64,000 bases of DNA from NCBI GenBank assembly GCA_034440455.1, contig JAWXCB010000031.1:5157-69156 (forward strand), read 5' to 3'. Origin of the DNA: Chitinophagales bacterium. Its GTDB lineage: Bacteria > Bacteroidota > Bacteroidia > Chitinophagales > CAIOSU01. The notes under the pieces were generated by a model that ran no database searches, was not told where the DNA came from, and saw nothing but the letters and a program-made list of their open reading frames with translations. Made by a program: the position numbers and the translations under genes. Shown here in pieces: positions 26,767 through 36,195 of this stretch (within the stretch, counting starts at the first letter, position 1; every line of letters begins with the position of its first letter).

Positions 26767-28317
26767 ATGCTCTTTTCAAAAAACAAAAAATCACTTTCGT
26801 TTCTTGATGAATTAGGATTGAAAATTTCAGAGAGTGGTGCCAGCACCGGTTCTCAATGGCTCAAAACAAAAGGCAAGCTGGTTGAAAGTCATTCACCCGT
26901 TGATGGTTCACTGATTGGAACGGTGAATGAACTGACGCAAAGCGATTACGACAAAGTTGTTGACACCGCGCAAAAAGCATTTAAAGAATGGAGAATGCTT
27001 CCTGCGCCAAAGCGCGGAGAAATTGTGCGGCAAATCGGTGAAGAACTGAGAGCACACAAAGAGCCGCTTGGGCAGTTGGTTTCGTGGGAAATGGGAAAGT
27101 CGTTGCAGGAAGGCTTGGGCGAAGTGCAAGAGATGATTGACATCTGCGATTATGCGGTTGGATTGTCAAGACAACTGCACGGACTTACGATGCATTCCGA
27201 AAGAGCAAAACACAGAATGTATGAGCAGTGGCATCCGCTGGGAGTTGTGGGTATTATTTCTGCATTCAATTTTCCCGTTGCGGTGTGGTCGTGGAATGCA
27301 ATGCTTGCGTGGGTATGTGGTGATGTGTGCGTGTGGAAGCCTTCGGAAAAAACTCCGCTTTGTGGCATCGCTTGTCAAAAAATTATTGCGCGGGTTTTCA
27401 AAATAAATCATGTTCCTGAAGGTGTTTCGTGTCTGGTGATTGGCGATTTCAAAGTAGGCGAATGGCTTGCGCAAGATTCAAGAATTCCGCTTGTTTCTGC
27501 AACGGGTTCAACACGCATGGGCAAAGCAGTAGCGACAGCAACCGCATCAAGATTCGGACGTTCCCTGCTTGAGTTGGGCGGCAACAATGCCGTCATCATC
27601 ACCGAAAATGCGGATTTGAATATTGCGATTCGCGCGGTGGTGTTCGGAGCGGTAGGCACAGCCGGACAACGCTGCACAACCACGCGCAGATTGATTGTAC
27701 ATGAATCGCTGTATGATGAAGTGAAAAAGAAATTGGTAAAAGCATACAGTCAACTGCGCATCGGAAATCCGCTTGATACGAACAATCATGTAGGACCCTT
27801 GATTGATAAACATGCAGTGGAGCAATATGAACGAGCATTACAAGAAGTAGTACGAGAAGGCGGAAAGTTGATAGTAAAAGGAGACGTGTTGAGCGGCAAA
27901 GGCTATGAATCCGGTTGCTATGTGAGGCCTGCCATTGCAGAAGCGAAAAACGATTTCGCCATTGTGCAGCATGAAACATTCGCGCCCATTCTTTATCTCA
28001 TCAAATACAAGACACTTGATGAAGCGATTGCCTATCAGAATGGAGTGATGCAGGGACTTTCATCCGCCATCATTACCACCAATTTGCGCGAAGCGGAAAA
28101 ATTTCTCTCGCAGGAAGGCAGCGACTGCGGCATCGCCAACGTGAACATTGGCACATCAGGCGCTGAAATCGGTGGCGCATTTGGCGGTGAAAAAGAAACC
28201 GGTGGCGGGCGTGAGTCTGGCTCTGATTCATGGAAATTTTACATGCGCAGACAAACGAATACCATTAACTACGGAGCGGATTTGCCGCTGGCGCAGGGGA
28301 TAAAGTTTAAGGTGTGA
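26767..28317 (+). CDS. Aldehyde dehydrogenase, ALDH7 (alpha-aminoadipic semialdehyde / piperideine-6-carboxylate dehydrogenase) type
   Basis: Catalytic blocks LELGGNNA and GTAGQRCTTTRRL. The highly ALDH7-specific C-terminus is SDCGIANVNIGTSGAEIGGAFGGEKETGGGRESGSDSWKFYMRRQTNTINY..LPLAQGIKF. Confidence 0.9.
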   Translation: MLFSKNKKSLSFLDELGLKISESGASTGSQWLKTKGKLVESHSPVDGSLIGTVNELTQSDYDKVVDTAQKAFKEWRMLPAPKRGEIVRQIGEELRAHKEPLGQLVSWEMGKSLQEGLGEVQEMIDICDYAVGLSRQLHGLTMHSERAKHRMYEQWHPLGVVGIISAFNFPVAVWSWNAMLAWVCGDVCVWKPSEKTPLCGIACQKIIARVFKINHVPEGVSCLVIGDFKVGEWLAQDSRIPLVSATGSTRMGKAVATATASRFGRSLLELGGNNAVIITENADLNIAIRAVVFGAVGTAGQRCTTTRRLIVHESLYDEVKKKLVKAYSQLRIGNPLDTNNHVGPLIDKHAVEQYERALQEVVREGGKLIVKGDVLSGKGYESGCYVRPAIAEAKNDFAIVQHETFAPILYLIKYKTLDEAIAYQNGVMQGLSSAIITTNLREAEKFLSQEGSDCGIANVNIGTSGAEIGGAFGGEKETGGGRESGSDSWKFYMRRQTNTINYGADLPLAQGIKFKV

Positions 28318-28452
28318 GGGATTCCTAATTTCTACTTCCGAATTGCACTTTCGCTTTCTCCACCGCCTTCAAGAAAAACTGATTGATGTCATCCGATACT
28401 TTCAGCGAATAAATCAGCGCGGGAAACAACGCAACAACCACTCCTGATTTGA

Positions 28453-29823
28453 TTAAATATTGAGGTAAACATTTGGCATATCAGGAATAACCAATGCGAC
28501 AGCCAGCGTAGCAAATCCAATAATCAAGGCTTTAATCATACCGGAACCAAAAGGAAGGAAACCGAATTTGAAATAGACAAATGATGTGCGCAGTACGTTA
28601 AAAATTGTGAGCGAAATCGAAGTGCCGATAGCTGCCCCAAGAATTCCATATTTGGGAATGAACAAGTAATTTGTCACAATACACATTGCAAACAAACCAA
28701 TGCCTGCAAAAAGATTAAACCGGAAAAATTTTGAGTATAGAATAATCTCTCCGTTGATGCTTGTAGCCATGTCGAACAACCTGCCGATGATAAGCACTAA
28801 AACCACTCCGCTAATAACATGATATTTTTCAGGGAGGAAATGGTAAAGATTATCCATATTCACTCCGATGCCAATTGATAAAAACATTCCAATCGCAAAC
28901 TGGTTCAGCGCAACCCGCTGATAAAGCATCCTCACTTCATCCCAACGGTTTTGCTGTATGGCATTTGAAACGATTGGCGTTGCCATCTGATGCAAAAAGC
29001 GTTGCGGCAACATGATAAGCGTAACAATGTAAAACGCAATGGAGTAAACCGCGACATTTCCAAGTGTATCCATGTAGCTCAGCATGATGACATCCAACTG
29101 TGTCACAATTTTCCAAACGGCAACCGTGAGGATGGAATACATGCCATAGATAAATACCTCTTTCACCATCTTATGACGCACAAATGCAAGATTCACCTCA
29201 ATAAAATTTCTGTCAAGCCAAGCTATATACCCTGCAAGAACAATCATCGCGCTTGCATAAGACGCTGCAAACAAAATCATAAACAACTCGAAGCTGATGA
29301 CATCAAAATGAAAAAGTAGCATGATTGCTAAAAGAAACACCCGGAGATAAACCTCTCTCAAAAGCGTTGGAAAAACTATCCGCAACAGGGAACGCGCATA
29401 AGCCTCAAGTAAATTGAATATCAGTACAAAAAGCGTGAGAGGAAAAATGTACCCATAAAAATCAATCACTAGGTCAGATTGATTTTTTACATAGCCATGC
29501 AGGATAGAATCTTTAAAGACATAAAAAATAAAACCGACAATCGCATAAGCTGCCAGCGCTTTCAACAGAATCCAAAACACAAAATTCTTAAGCGTTCCGC
29601 GCTCCTCCCTGAAAATCGGAAAGTATTTATTGATAACATTCGTGCCGCCAAACTCAGCAAAAACAGCAAGCACTGTAGCCACTGATAATAGCACCCTCGT
29701 CAATCCAAATTGCTCCGGTTCAAAAAAGCGCGGGAATAATATCAACGTGTTCAAAGCCCCTAATGCGACACCTGCATAAGAAATGATGGTGCTCTTTAGG
29801 CTTTGACGGATAATGATTCCCAC
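28453..29823 (-). CDS. Polysaccharide/oligosaccharide flippase (MOP/Wzx-like); 3' end possibly frameshifted
   Basis: 456-aa polytopic membrane protein with the N-terminus typical of Bacteroidota Wzx-like proteins (IIRQSLKSTIISYAGVALGALNTLILFP). See the finding on a possible extension to 28325. Confidence 0.75.
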   Translation of the reverse strand: MGIIIRQSLKSTIISYAGVALGALNTLILFPRFFEPEQFGLTRVLLSVATVLAVFAEFGGTNVINKYFPIFREERGTLKNFVFWILLKALAAYAIVGFIFYVFKDSILHGYVKNQSDLVIDFYGYIFPLTLFVLIFNLLEAYARSLLRIVFPTLLREVYLRVFLLAIMLLFHFDVISFELFMILFAASYASAMIVLAGYIAWLDRNFIEVNLAFVRHKMVKEVFIYGMYSILTVAVWKIVTQLDVIMLSYMDTLGNVAVYSIAFYIVTLIMLPQRFLHQMATPIVSNAIQQNRWDEVRMLYQRVALNQFAIGMFLSIGIGVNMDNLYHFLPEKYHVISGVVLVLIIGRLFDMATSINGEIILYSKFFRFNLFAGIGLFAMCIVTNYLFIPKYGILGAAIGTSISLTIFNVLRTSFVYFKFGFLPFGSGMIKALIIGFATLAVALVIPDMPNVYLNI

Positions 29824-29918
29824 AGGGCGAAAATGCTTTAAAAAAGCGGTTAAAGTTAGGAAGGTTTAAAACAGAGGGTTCATGGAAGTCCAAATTTTCA
29901 GATATTCGGAGCTTCCGA

Positions 29919-31049
29919 ATGGAAAAAATCTATTTCAAAGGACTGAATGGGATTCGTTTCATTGCCGCTTTCATGGTGATTGTGGCACATATTGAGGGTT
30001 TTAAGAAATTCGCCCAGCTTCCCAATATTCGGAACAATAACATTATCAGCCAGCTTGGTCCGCAGGGCGTTAAGATATTTTTCGTGTTGAGCGGATTTCT
30101 CATCACGTACTTGTTACTGAGTGAAGTGAAAGTCAGGAGCGGCATTGACATAAAAAAATTCTACATCAGACGCATTTTAAGAATCTGGCCTCTTTACTTT
30201 TTCATTGCGCTTCTCGGTTTTTTTGTACTCCCTCAATTTTTCAGTCCTGATTATTTTCCTGAAAAGATTCATCCACATTTTGACATTAAACTTTTGCTCA
30301 CATTCTTCATGCTGCCGAATGTGGTTTACCTTGTCTTTGGTCACATGTTCAGCATTGGCGTACTCTGGTCAATCGGAACCGAAGAGCAGTTTTACCTCGT
30401 TTGGCCACATCTCATCAATAGAATTGCAAAAAATCTTCAAGCATTGGCGCTGTTACTGTTTGGAATTCTATCTGTAAAAGTTGCTTGCGAAATCACCTAC
30501 AGCATGGAAATTTTCACAGGCGTTGCTCAAAAAACTATCTGGGTAATTCAAAAAATTTTAGACTTCGATTGCATGACTGTAGGAGGAATTTTTGCATTCA
30601 TTTATTTTTCTGACAAAAAGAAAATATTGGATGTACTTTATTCAAAAGGGGTGCAGATTGCTGTGCTGGTTATCCTCTTTTCACTTTTTCTTTTTAATCC
30701 CAAGCTGTATTCCTTTTCAAATCTTGTTTACAGCCTGCTCTATGGAGTTCTTATCTTAAATGTAGCTACTAATCCCGGCAGCATCCTCTCTTTTGAAAAT
30801 AAAGCGCTGGATTATTGCGGGCAAATCTCCTACGGGATTTACATGTATCATTCCATTTTTGTCGCGCTTGGAATCTGGATAGTTCGAAGTACGCTTCTCT
30901 GCACAGATTCAATCCTGTCTAATCTTTTTCTTTATCCGTTTGCCATTCTTTGCAGCATAGGCATCGCTGCGTTATCGTATCATTTCCTTGAAAAGCCAAT
31001 CCTCCACTACAAGGAGAAGTTTATGGTGGTCAAAAGCGGGAAGGGTTAA
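29919..31049 (+). CDS. Acyltransferase family 3 (O-acetyltransferase-type) membrane protein
   Basis: N-terminal LNGIRFIAAFMVIVAHI motif and about 10 TM helices. Confidence 0.85.
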   Translation: MEKIYFKGLNGIRFIAAFMVIVAHIEGFKKFAQLPNIRNNNIISQLGPQGVKIFFVLSGFLITYLLLSEVKVRSGIDIKKFYIRRILRIWPLYFFIALLGFFVLPQFFSPDYFPEKIHPHFDIKLLLTFFMLPNVVYLVFGHMFSIGVLWSIGTEEQFYLVWPHLINRIAKNLQALALLLFGILSVKVACEITYSMEIFTGVAQKTIWVIQKILDFDCMTVGGIFAFIYFSDKKKILDVLYSKGVQIAVLVILFSLFLFNPKLYSFSNLVYSLLYGVLILNVATNPGSILSFENKALDYCGQISYGIYMYHSIFVALGIWIVRSTLLCTDSILSNLFLYPFAILCSIGIAALSYHFLEKPILHYKEKFMVVKSGKG

Positions 31050-31064
31050 GTATCCGCGATTCTG

Positions 31065-32174
31065 TTACTGCAACACAATTTTCTTCTCTTCAGTCACCTG
31101 ACCGGATGGAGACAAAATTTGCAAGGTATAGATTCCGGCTGCTCCTATTTGACTAATATCAATTGTTATCGAAGGCAAATTAAAAGGTGAACTGAAAAGT
31201 TGTTGTCCTAACCCATTCATAATTTTGAGCGTGTAATTTGTCATCTGCGAATACATATTGTTCTCCACAACAATCAGGTTATTAGTTGGATTCGGATAAA
31301 CTTTGATTTCGCTTGTATTAAAGGGATTGGTCGAAAGAATTACATCAATTATCAGCGTATCTGTTACAGCTACGCTAATCGTATCAAAAACATTAACTGT
31401 TGTGGTGTCAAAAACCGGAACGGTTACTGTGTCATAAGTATAAACTGTGCATCCGGCAGTATCATTTATCAATTGTGCAATTTCAATGGCATTCAATGCG
31501 CAGTCGAAAAACTTGATGTCGTCAAGAGAGCCGGTGAATTTCTCATCATTCCCAAAACCCACGCATACATCATCACCAAATTGTAGAACTGAGTTATTTC
31601 TCAAGTTTAATAATGAAGCGGAGTAAACCACAATATCCAATACGCCATCAACATAAATTGTATATCGCTTATCGTCCCTCACTAAAACAACATGATGCCA
31701 ATTCCCATCGCCAACTAAGATTGTGCCATCTCCAACTACCTGGGTTGTATTAATCAAAACTTCAAATGTTACAATTCCATCTCTTAAAGCGATTCGAAAG
31801 GAAGTCGTGAAATTACAAGTGGGGCGTTTCGTAATCAATGTTCTTACATCCATAACTGTCGTTTTAAACCAACAGCTAAAAGAGTAATCGGCAGTACCGA
31901 AATTTCCCAGCGTATTATTTACCTGAATGACATCATTTACGGTATCAAAAAAATATGCGCTATTTGCAACTCCATCGTGACCAATGGTGGGCGTTGCGCC
32001 TGAAACCGTACCGTTGTTTCCATTACCGGAAACATCATTGGCATTTCCATTAAATGGAAAGTCGGCAATTATGCATTGTGAATGCGTCTGAAAGGGAAGC
32101 ATAAAAGCTGAACAAATAAGAATTGATGCAGCCATTTTCAGCAAATTGACGTGGGTTTTCATAAAGCAGGTCAA
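31065..32174 (-). CDS. Secreted LamG (concanavalin-A-like lectin) domain protein with T9SS C-terminal sorting domain
   Basis: LamG-type N-terminal half (FPFNGNANDVSGNGNNGTVSG ... GSLDDIKFFDCAL). C-terminal ~80 aa IKVYPNPTNNLIVVEN...GIYTLQILSPSGQVTEEKKIVLQ matches the type A T9SS sorting-domain pattern. Confidence 0.8.
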   Translation of the reverse strand: MTCFMKTHVNLLKMAASILICSAFMLPFQTHSQCIIADFPFNGNANDVSGNGNNGTVSGATPTIGHDGVANSAYFFDTVNDVIQVNNTLGNFGTADYSFSCWFKTTVMDVRTLITKRPTCNFTTSFRIALRDGIVTFEVLINTTQVVGDGTILVGDGNWHHVVLVRDDKRYTIYVDGVLDIVVYSASLLNLRNNSVLQFGDDVCVGFGNDEKFTGSLDDIKFFDCALNAIEIAQLINDTAGCTVYTYDTVTVPVFDTTTVNVFDTISVAVTDTLIIDVILSTNPFNTSEIKVYPNPTNNLIVVENNMYSQMTNYTLKIMNGLGQQLFSSPFNLPSITIDISQIGAAGIYTLQILSPSGQVTEEKKIVLQ

Positions 32175-32297
32175 TTTATGTTTTTGAAATAACTATGCGA
32201 GAATCCTTTGACAATTAGTCAGAAAACAAAGATGTGTCTTTTTTTGAATTTCAAAAACCGAAAATAGAAATTCTGCGCCAACTTGTCCTGAACTGTT

Positions 32298-33050
32298 TCA
32301 CTTTTTTTGCGCAGTCCAGCAATAATTCGATGGACTTCTTTTTTTATCTCCGAAAATAAAATCAAGGATTATTGCGCTCACATTCACAAAGCCGTTTAGC
32401 GGGGAAAGTAGAAAATGTTTTTTGGTTAAGAATCGCTGCGGCTTACCTTCCACTCTTTTGGATAGCGTTAAGTCCATGAGAGTCATTAAAGCGGCAGCTT
32501 TGAAAACACCACCGCTGCCATCTATTTTGACATTTGTAAACCCTGCTTCCTCTAATGTTTTTCTAAGCCCATACTCCGTAAATCTGCGATAGTCATAAGG
32601 CTCAAGGTGAATCGGGCTGACGTGCGGAACGGAACCAAGAATAAAGCCTCCTTTTTTTAAAATCCGAAATGACTCCGCTGCCGATTTCTCGGGACTTTGC
32701 ACATGCTCAAAGACTTGATTGGATAATACAACATCAAACGAATTGTCGGCAATCGGCAATTCCTCCGCAAAACTTTTGATAAACGTAATGTTCCTGTCAT
32801 CCTCTTTCGGTAAAACATTTTCTACATCAACAACAGTGTAGTCCTTTATCATCTCCTTAAAGAGAATGTAATAAGGCGCAGCACCACCACCTATATCAAT
32901 AAAAGAAAGTTTTCCGGCAGGAAGATTTTTTTTTGCCTCGTTGAGAAAACGAACGATATGATTGATATTATGGTAGTTAAATGAAAAGACCGTGTTATAG
33001 GGGCGATTGCCCATGATGAAGTTGTTCAAAGCCGAAAATACTTGCTGCAT
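32298..33050 (-). CDS. Class I SAM-dependent methyltransferase
   Basis: SAM-binding motif I FIDIGGGAAPY and motif post-I/II (VVDV, FDVVLSNQVFEHV). Confidence 0.8.
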   Translation of the reverse strand: MQQVFSALNNFIMGNRPYNTVFSFNYHNINHIVRFLNEAKKNLPAGKLSFIDIGGGAAPYYILFKEMIKDYTVVDVENVLPKEDDRNITFIKSFAEELPIADNSFDVVLSNQVFEHVQSPEKSAAESFRILKKGGFILGSVPHVSPIHLEPYDYRRFTEYGLRKTLEEAGFTNVKIDGSGGVFKAAALMTLMDLTLSKRVEGKPQRFLTKKHFLLSPLNGFVNVSAIILDFIFGDKKRSPSNYCWTAQKK

Positions 33051-33101
33051 TTGATTATAATATTTTGCCGTAAATTAGTGGATTGAATCCGGTATTTAAA
33101 C

Positions 33102-33905
33102 ATGGTGGATTATAATTTTTCCGACCACGGGTTTGTCATTCTCAAGAATGTTTTCCCTGAAAATGTGCTTGCTTCGATTAGAGAACTTACAAGCGAAATC
33201 ATTTCTTATGGTGAATTGAAATTAGAGGACCCGTACAGAAAATTTTATCTCAGTCACCGAACTGATCAGGGCGCATTGCACGACCTTTATCAAAAACATC
33301 CTGAATTTCAGAGTTTGGTTAAAAATGATGCTATTCTAAATAAGCTCACCGAAGTTTTGGGCGAGGATATTTGCATGTATGAAAACTGCCTCGTTTATAA
33401 GCCAAAAGGGAAGCGAAATGCAGTGCCGTGGCATCAGGATTTTATTTCACGACCAAACGAACCCCGCAAGTATATCAGTTGGACTGCGCTGGATGATGTG
33501 AGGATTGAGAATGGCGCGATGAAGGTAATTCCCGGCTCACACAAATTCGGTTTTTTAAAATGGTTTAGGGTAAAGGGAGAAACTCACCATGACCGTATTG
33601 ATTTATCCCAAATTGATGAAAGTAAAGCCATTTACGCTGAATTAGATGCGGGAGATGTAATGATATTTAACCAGCTTCTCGTACACTCAAGCGATGAATG
33701 TAATTCGACAAAACCCAGGCGGGCTTTTCGGACTTCTTATATTGGAATGGATGAAATTGTAGTCCCCAGAGGTTCACCACTTGTACTAAGAGGGGGGCGA
33801 CCAAATTCATTGGGGAAAAATTTTCCACAGAAAGCAACCGAAGTGGAAGATTCATTAGCCGTAAAATTTTTACGAAAAGTTGCTTATAGGTTGAACCAAG
33901 TATGA
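33102..33905 (+). CDS. Phytanoyl-CoA dioxygenase (PhyH) family Fe(II)/2-oxoglutarate dioxygenase
   Basis: PWHQD facial-triad motif, distal HSS histidine and R.AFR arginine. Size 267 aa. Confidence 0.8.
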   Translation: MVDYNFSDHGFVILKNVFPENVLASIRELTSEIISYGELKLEDPYRKFYLSHRTDQGALHDLYQKHPEFQSLVKNDAILNKLTEVLGEDICMYENCLVYKPKGKRNAVPWHQDFISRPNEPRKYISWTALDDVRIENGAMKVIPGSHKFGFLKWFRVKGETHHDRIDLSQIDESKAIYAELDAGDVMIFNQLLVHSSDECNSTKPRRAFRTSYIGMDEIVVPRGSPLVLRGGRPNSLGKNFPQKATEVEDSLAVKFLRKVAYRLNQV

Positions 33906-35020
33906 AACTTAGTAACAGTAACCTCCTTGCCTCAGCGGCATTTTTTGCCAGTTCAACATTCTCAAAAGCCACTGGCTCCAAGAAAAACTATCCCAAAGTC
34001 GTTCAGCTTCCTATTACTTACCGCTGCAATTCCAAATGCGTGATGTGCAACATCTGGCAGATGGATTACTCCAACGAAATGACGGTGGAAGAGTTATCAA
34101 AATTTCTGAAAGATGATATTTTCTCAAGAGTAGAGGCAGTGGGCATTAATGGCGGAGAACCCTCGCTGATTAAGGAATTACCCGCCTTTGCTGATGAGAT
34201 TCTGAAACTTCCAAAAATCAAGAACCTGAATATCATCTCACACGGGTTCAATAAAAAATTGTTGCTGCCCGCGCTGGAGGAAATTTATAAAAAGTGCAAG
34301 GCAAAGAGCATCGCGTTCCATATTTCTATTTCATTAGATGGCTATGGCAATATGCACGACACCGTGCGCGGACTGAAAGTGTTTAAACTCACTTCAGAAA
34401 CGATTCTTGAAATTCACAACAATCAAAACAAATACTGCGACACATTTGACTTGGGCTGCACGGTGGTGCTGCAAAATGTTGACCACTTAAAAGAGTTGGA
34501 TGCCTTCGTTCGCCAGCACGGGCTGAATATCAAATATCGCATGGGCATTGAGAACAAGCGTATCGAAAGCGACAAATTAGTTGACCAATACAGCCTGCTG
34601 CATCACAACATGCTGCAAAGCGCGAAGGAATTTTTTCATAGCCGTTACCTGCTTGCTACCAACCTGAAGCGCAAGTTCAAATACTATGCGATTTATTATT
34701 TCCTTGCCGTGAAACGGAAGCGGCTCATGGGCTGCCATTGGCAGGAGAATGGCATCACGATGGATTCGCGCGGTGACCTTTACTATTGTGCGGTGGTAAG
34801 TGATAAAATTGGCGGCTTACGTGAAAATAAAGGCGAGGATATTTTTTTTTCCAAAAAAAATATTGACTACCGCAAAAGCATCCTTACCAATGATTGTGAC
34901 AACTGCATTCATGATTATGATGGAAAACCTTTTCTCGGCAACCTGCTCACCTTTTTCAGAAATCTCCTCTTTGAAAAGTATTTTTGGGTTTCCTATTATC
35001 TCAAAGCAAAATTGACATGA
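33902..35020 (+). CDS. Radical SAM enzyme with C-terminal twitch/partial-SPASM auxiliary-cluster domain
   Basis: CX3CX2C motif (YRCNSKCVMCNIW). GGEP motif (INGGEPSL). C-terminal CHWQENGITMDSRGDLYYC fits CX9-15GX4C and is followed by CDNC. The start overlaps the upstream stop as ATGA. Confidence 0.85.
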   Translation: MKLSNSNLLASAAFFASSTFSKATGSKKNYPKVVQLPITYRCNSKCVMCNIWQMDYSNEMTVEELSKFLKDDIFSRVEAVGINGGEPSLIKELPAFADEILKLPKIKNLNIISHGFNKKLLLPALEEIYKKCKAKSIAFHISISLDGYGNMHDTVRGLKVFKLTSETILEIHNNQNKYCDTFDLGCTVVLQNVDHLKELDAFVRQHGLNIKYRMGIENKRIESDKLVDQYSLLHHNMLQSAKEFFHSRYLLATNLKRKFKYYAIYYFLAVKRKRLMGCHWQENGITMDSRGDLYYCAVVSDKIGGLRENKGEDIFFSKKNIDYRKSILTNDCDNCIHDYDGKPFLGNLLTFFRNLLFEKYFWVSYYLKAKLT

Positions 35021-36195
35021 GGGTATGTATCATCGGGTGGTATGGCACGGAAACCATCGGTGACAGAGGAATTCTGGCGGGTATCTTTTCATTATTACAT
35101 CAATCTGTCGGAAATTTTTCGGTTCAACTTGGAAGTCTGTACCCTTATTTCACAGAGCGTACGCTTCATGAAGATGCATCTTTTTATAAAAATATTTGCG
35201 GCAAAGAAATAGAAATCAAACTTTTCGATTCACGTGAATCGAAGCAGTTGGAAACAGCCATCAGTGAGAGCGATTTAGTAATTGTTGGCGGTGGTCCACT
35301 GATGCACATCAACGCCATGTTCATGCTTGAATATGCATTCAAGCGGGCAAAAAAACTGGGAAAGAAAACAATGTTGTTTGGATGTGGCGTGGGTCCGCTG
35401 CACAAATCGAGACATCAAAAAGCTACAGTTTCAATTGCGGAACAAAGTGATTGCATTGTGTTGCGCGATACCGCTTCAAAATCCTTTTTGCAGGAGCTTT
35501 ATAAAGCGCATGGCAGCAAATGGAATGATGCAAAAGTGCAGGTATCGCTTGACCCATCTATGCAATGTCTTTTTGATTTTCAACGCCATGCCGGTTCGCC
35601 TCAGGCGGATTTCGCATCCCCTGAGTATATCGCAGTAAACATGCGCGCCTTTCCCGATGAATATTCAAAAAGCAACAAAAGGAAAATCATCAACGATAAC
35701 CTGCGTGATTTTTTATTGAAACTATCAGAGAATTTCGCTTACAAAAAAATTCGGCTGATTCCCATGCACTACTTCCATATCGGCAATGATGACCGTGATT
35801 TTTTGAATACGCTTGCGCTTCAACTCAATAAACAGAACATTGAAGTACAAAACATAAACCTCTCGCTGGAGCAAACGATGGAAGTATTCCAAAACGCCTG
35901 GCTTAACATCGGGATGCGCTTTCATTCAGTAGTGTTTCAAACTATCCTCAACGGCAGAAATTTTATTCTGGATTATACAGAGCCGCAAAAAGGAAAAATA
36001 TCCGGCTTTCTGAATGATATGGATGGAAACTCATTTTACAAAGAAAGATATTTCAATCTACAGACACTTTCAAATTCACAAGATGTTCAGCTTGGATTGG
36101 ACAACATAGACCTTTCTCAAAAATTTAGTTTCGATATTGATTCTGTGAAAAAGAAACTTGAAGTATATGCAACAACTTTGAAGTCGCTCGCATGA
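35017..36195 (+). CDS. Polysaccharide pyruvyl transferase family protein (CsaB/WcaK-like)
   Basis: N-terminal MRVCIIGWYGTETIGDRGILAG and the LVIVGGGPLM block. I place the start at the ATG at 35017 (ATGA overlap with the radical SAM stop), not the tracked 34984. Confidence 0.75.
   Translation: MRVCIIGWYGTETIGDRGILAGIFSLLHQSVGNFSVQLGSLYPYFTERTLHEDASFYKNICGKEIEIKLFDSRESKQLETAISESDLVIVGGGPLMHINAMFMLEYAFKRAKKLGKKTMLFGCGVGPLHKSRHQKATVSIAEQSDCIVLRDTASKSFLQELYKAHGSKWNDAKVQVSLDPSMQCLFDFQRHAGSPQADFASPEYIAVNMRAFPDEYSKSNKRKIINDNLRDFLLKLSENFAYKKIRLIPMHYFHIGNDDRDFLNTLALQLNKQNIEVQNINLSLEQTMEVFQNAWLNIGMRFHSVVFQTILNGRNFILDYTEPQKGKISGFLNDMDGNSFYKERYFNLQTLSNSQDVQLGLDNIDLSQKFSFDIDSVKKKLEVYATTLKSLA

Noticed and set aside
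26190-28452. Possibility of a larger defence or mobile island around the toxin-antitoxin pair
   Set aside because: The flanking genes are an M1 peptidase and a highly conserved ALDH7-type dehydrogenase. No further defence-type, phage or mobility genes are present. Only the two-gene cassette is accessory.
34984-35016. Tracked upstream start (MGFLLSQSKID..) for the pyruvyl transferase
   Set aside because: The extension lies wholly inside the radical SAM coding region. The ATG at 35017 gives the family-typical N-terminus MRVCIIGWYG and an ATGA stop/start overlap identical to the two neighbouring junctions.
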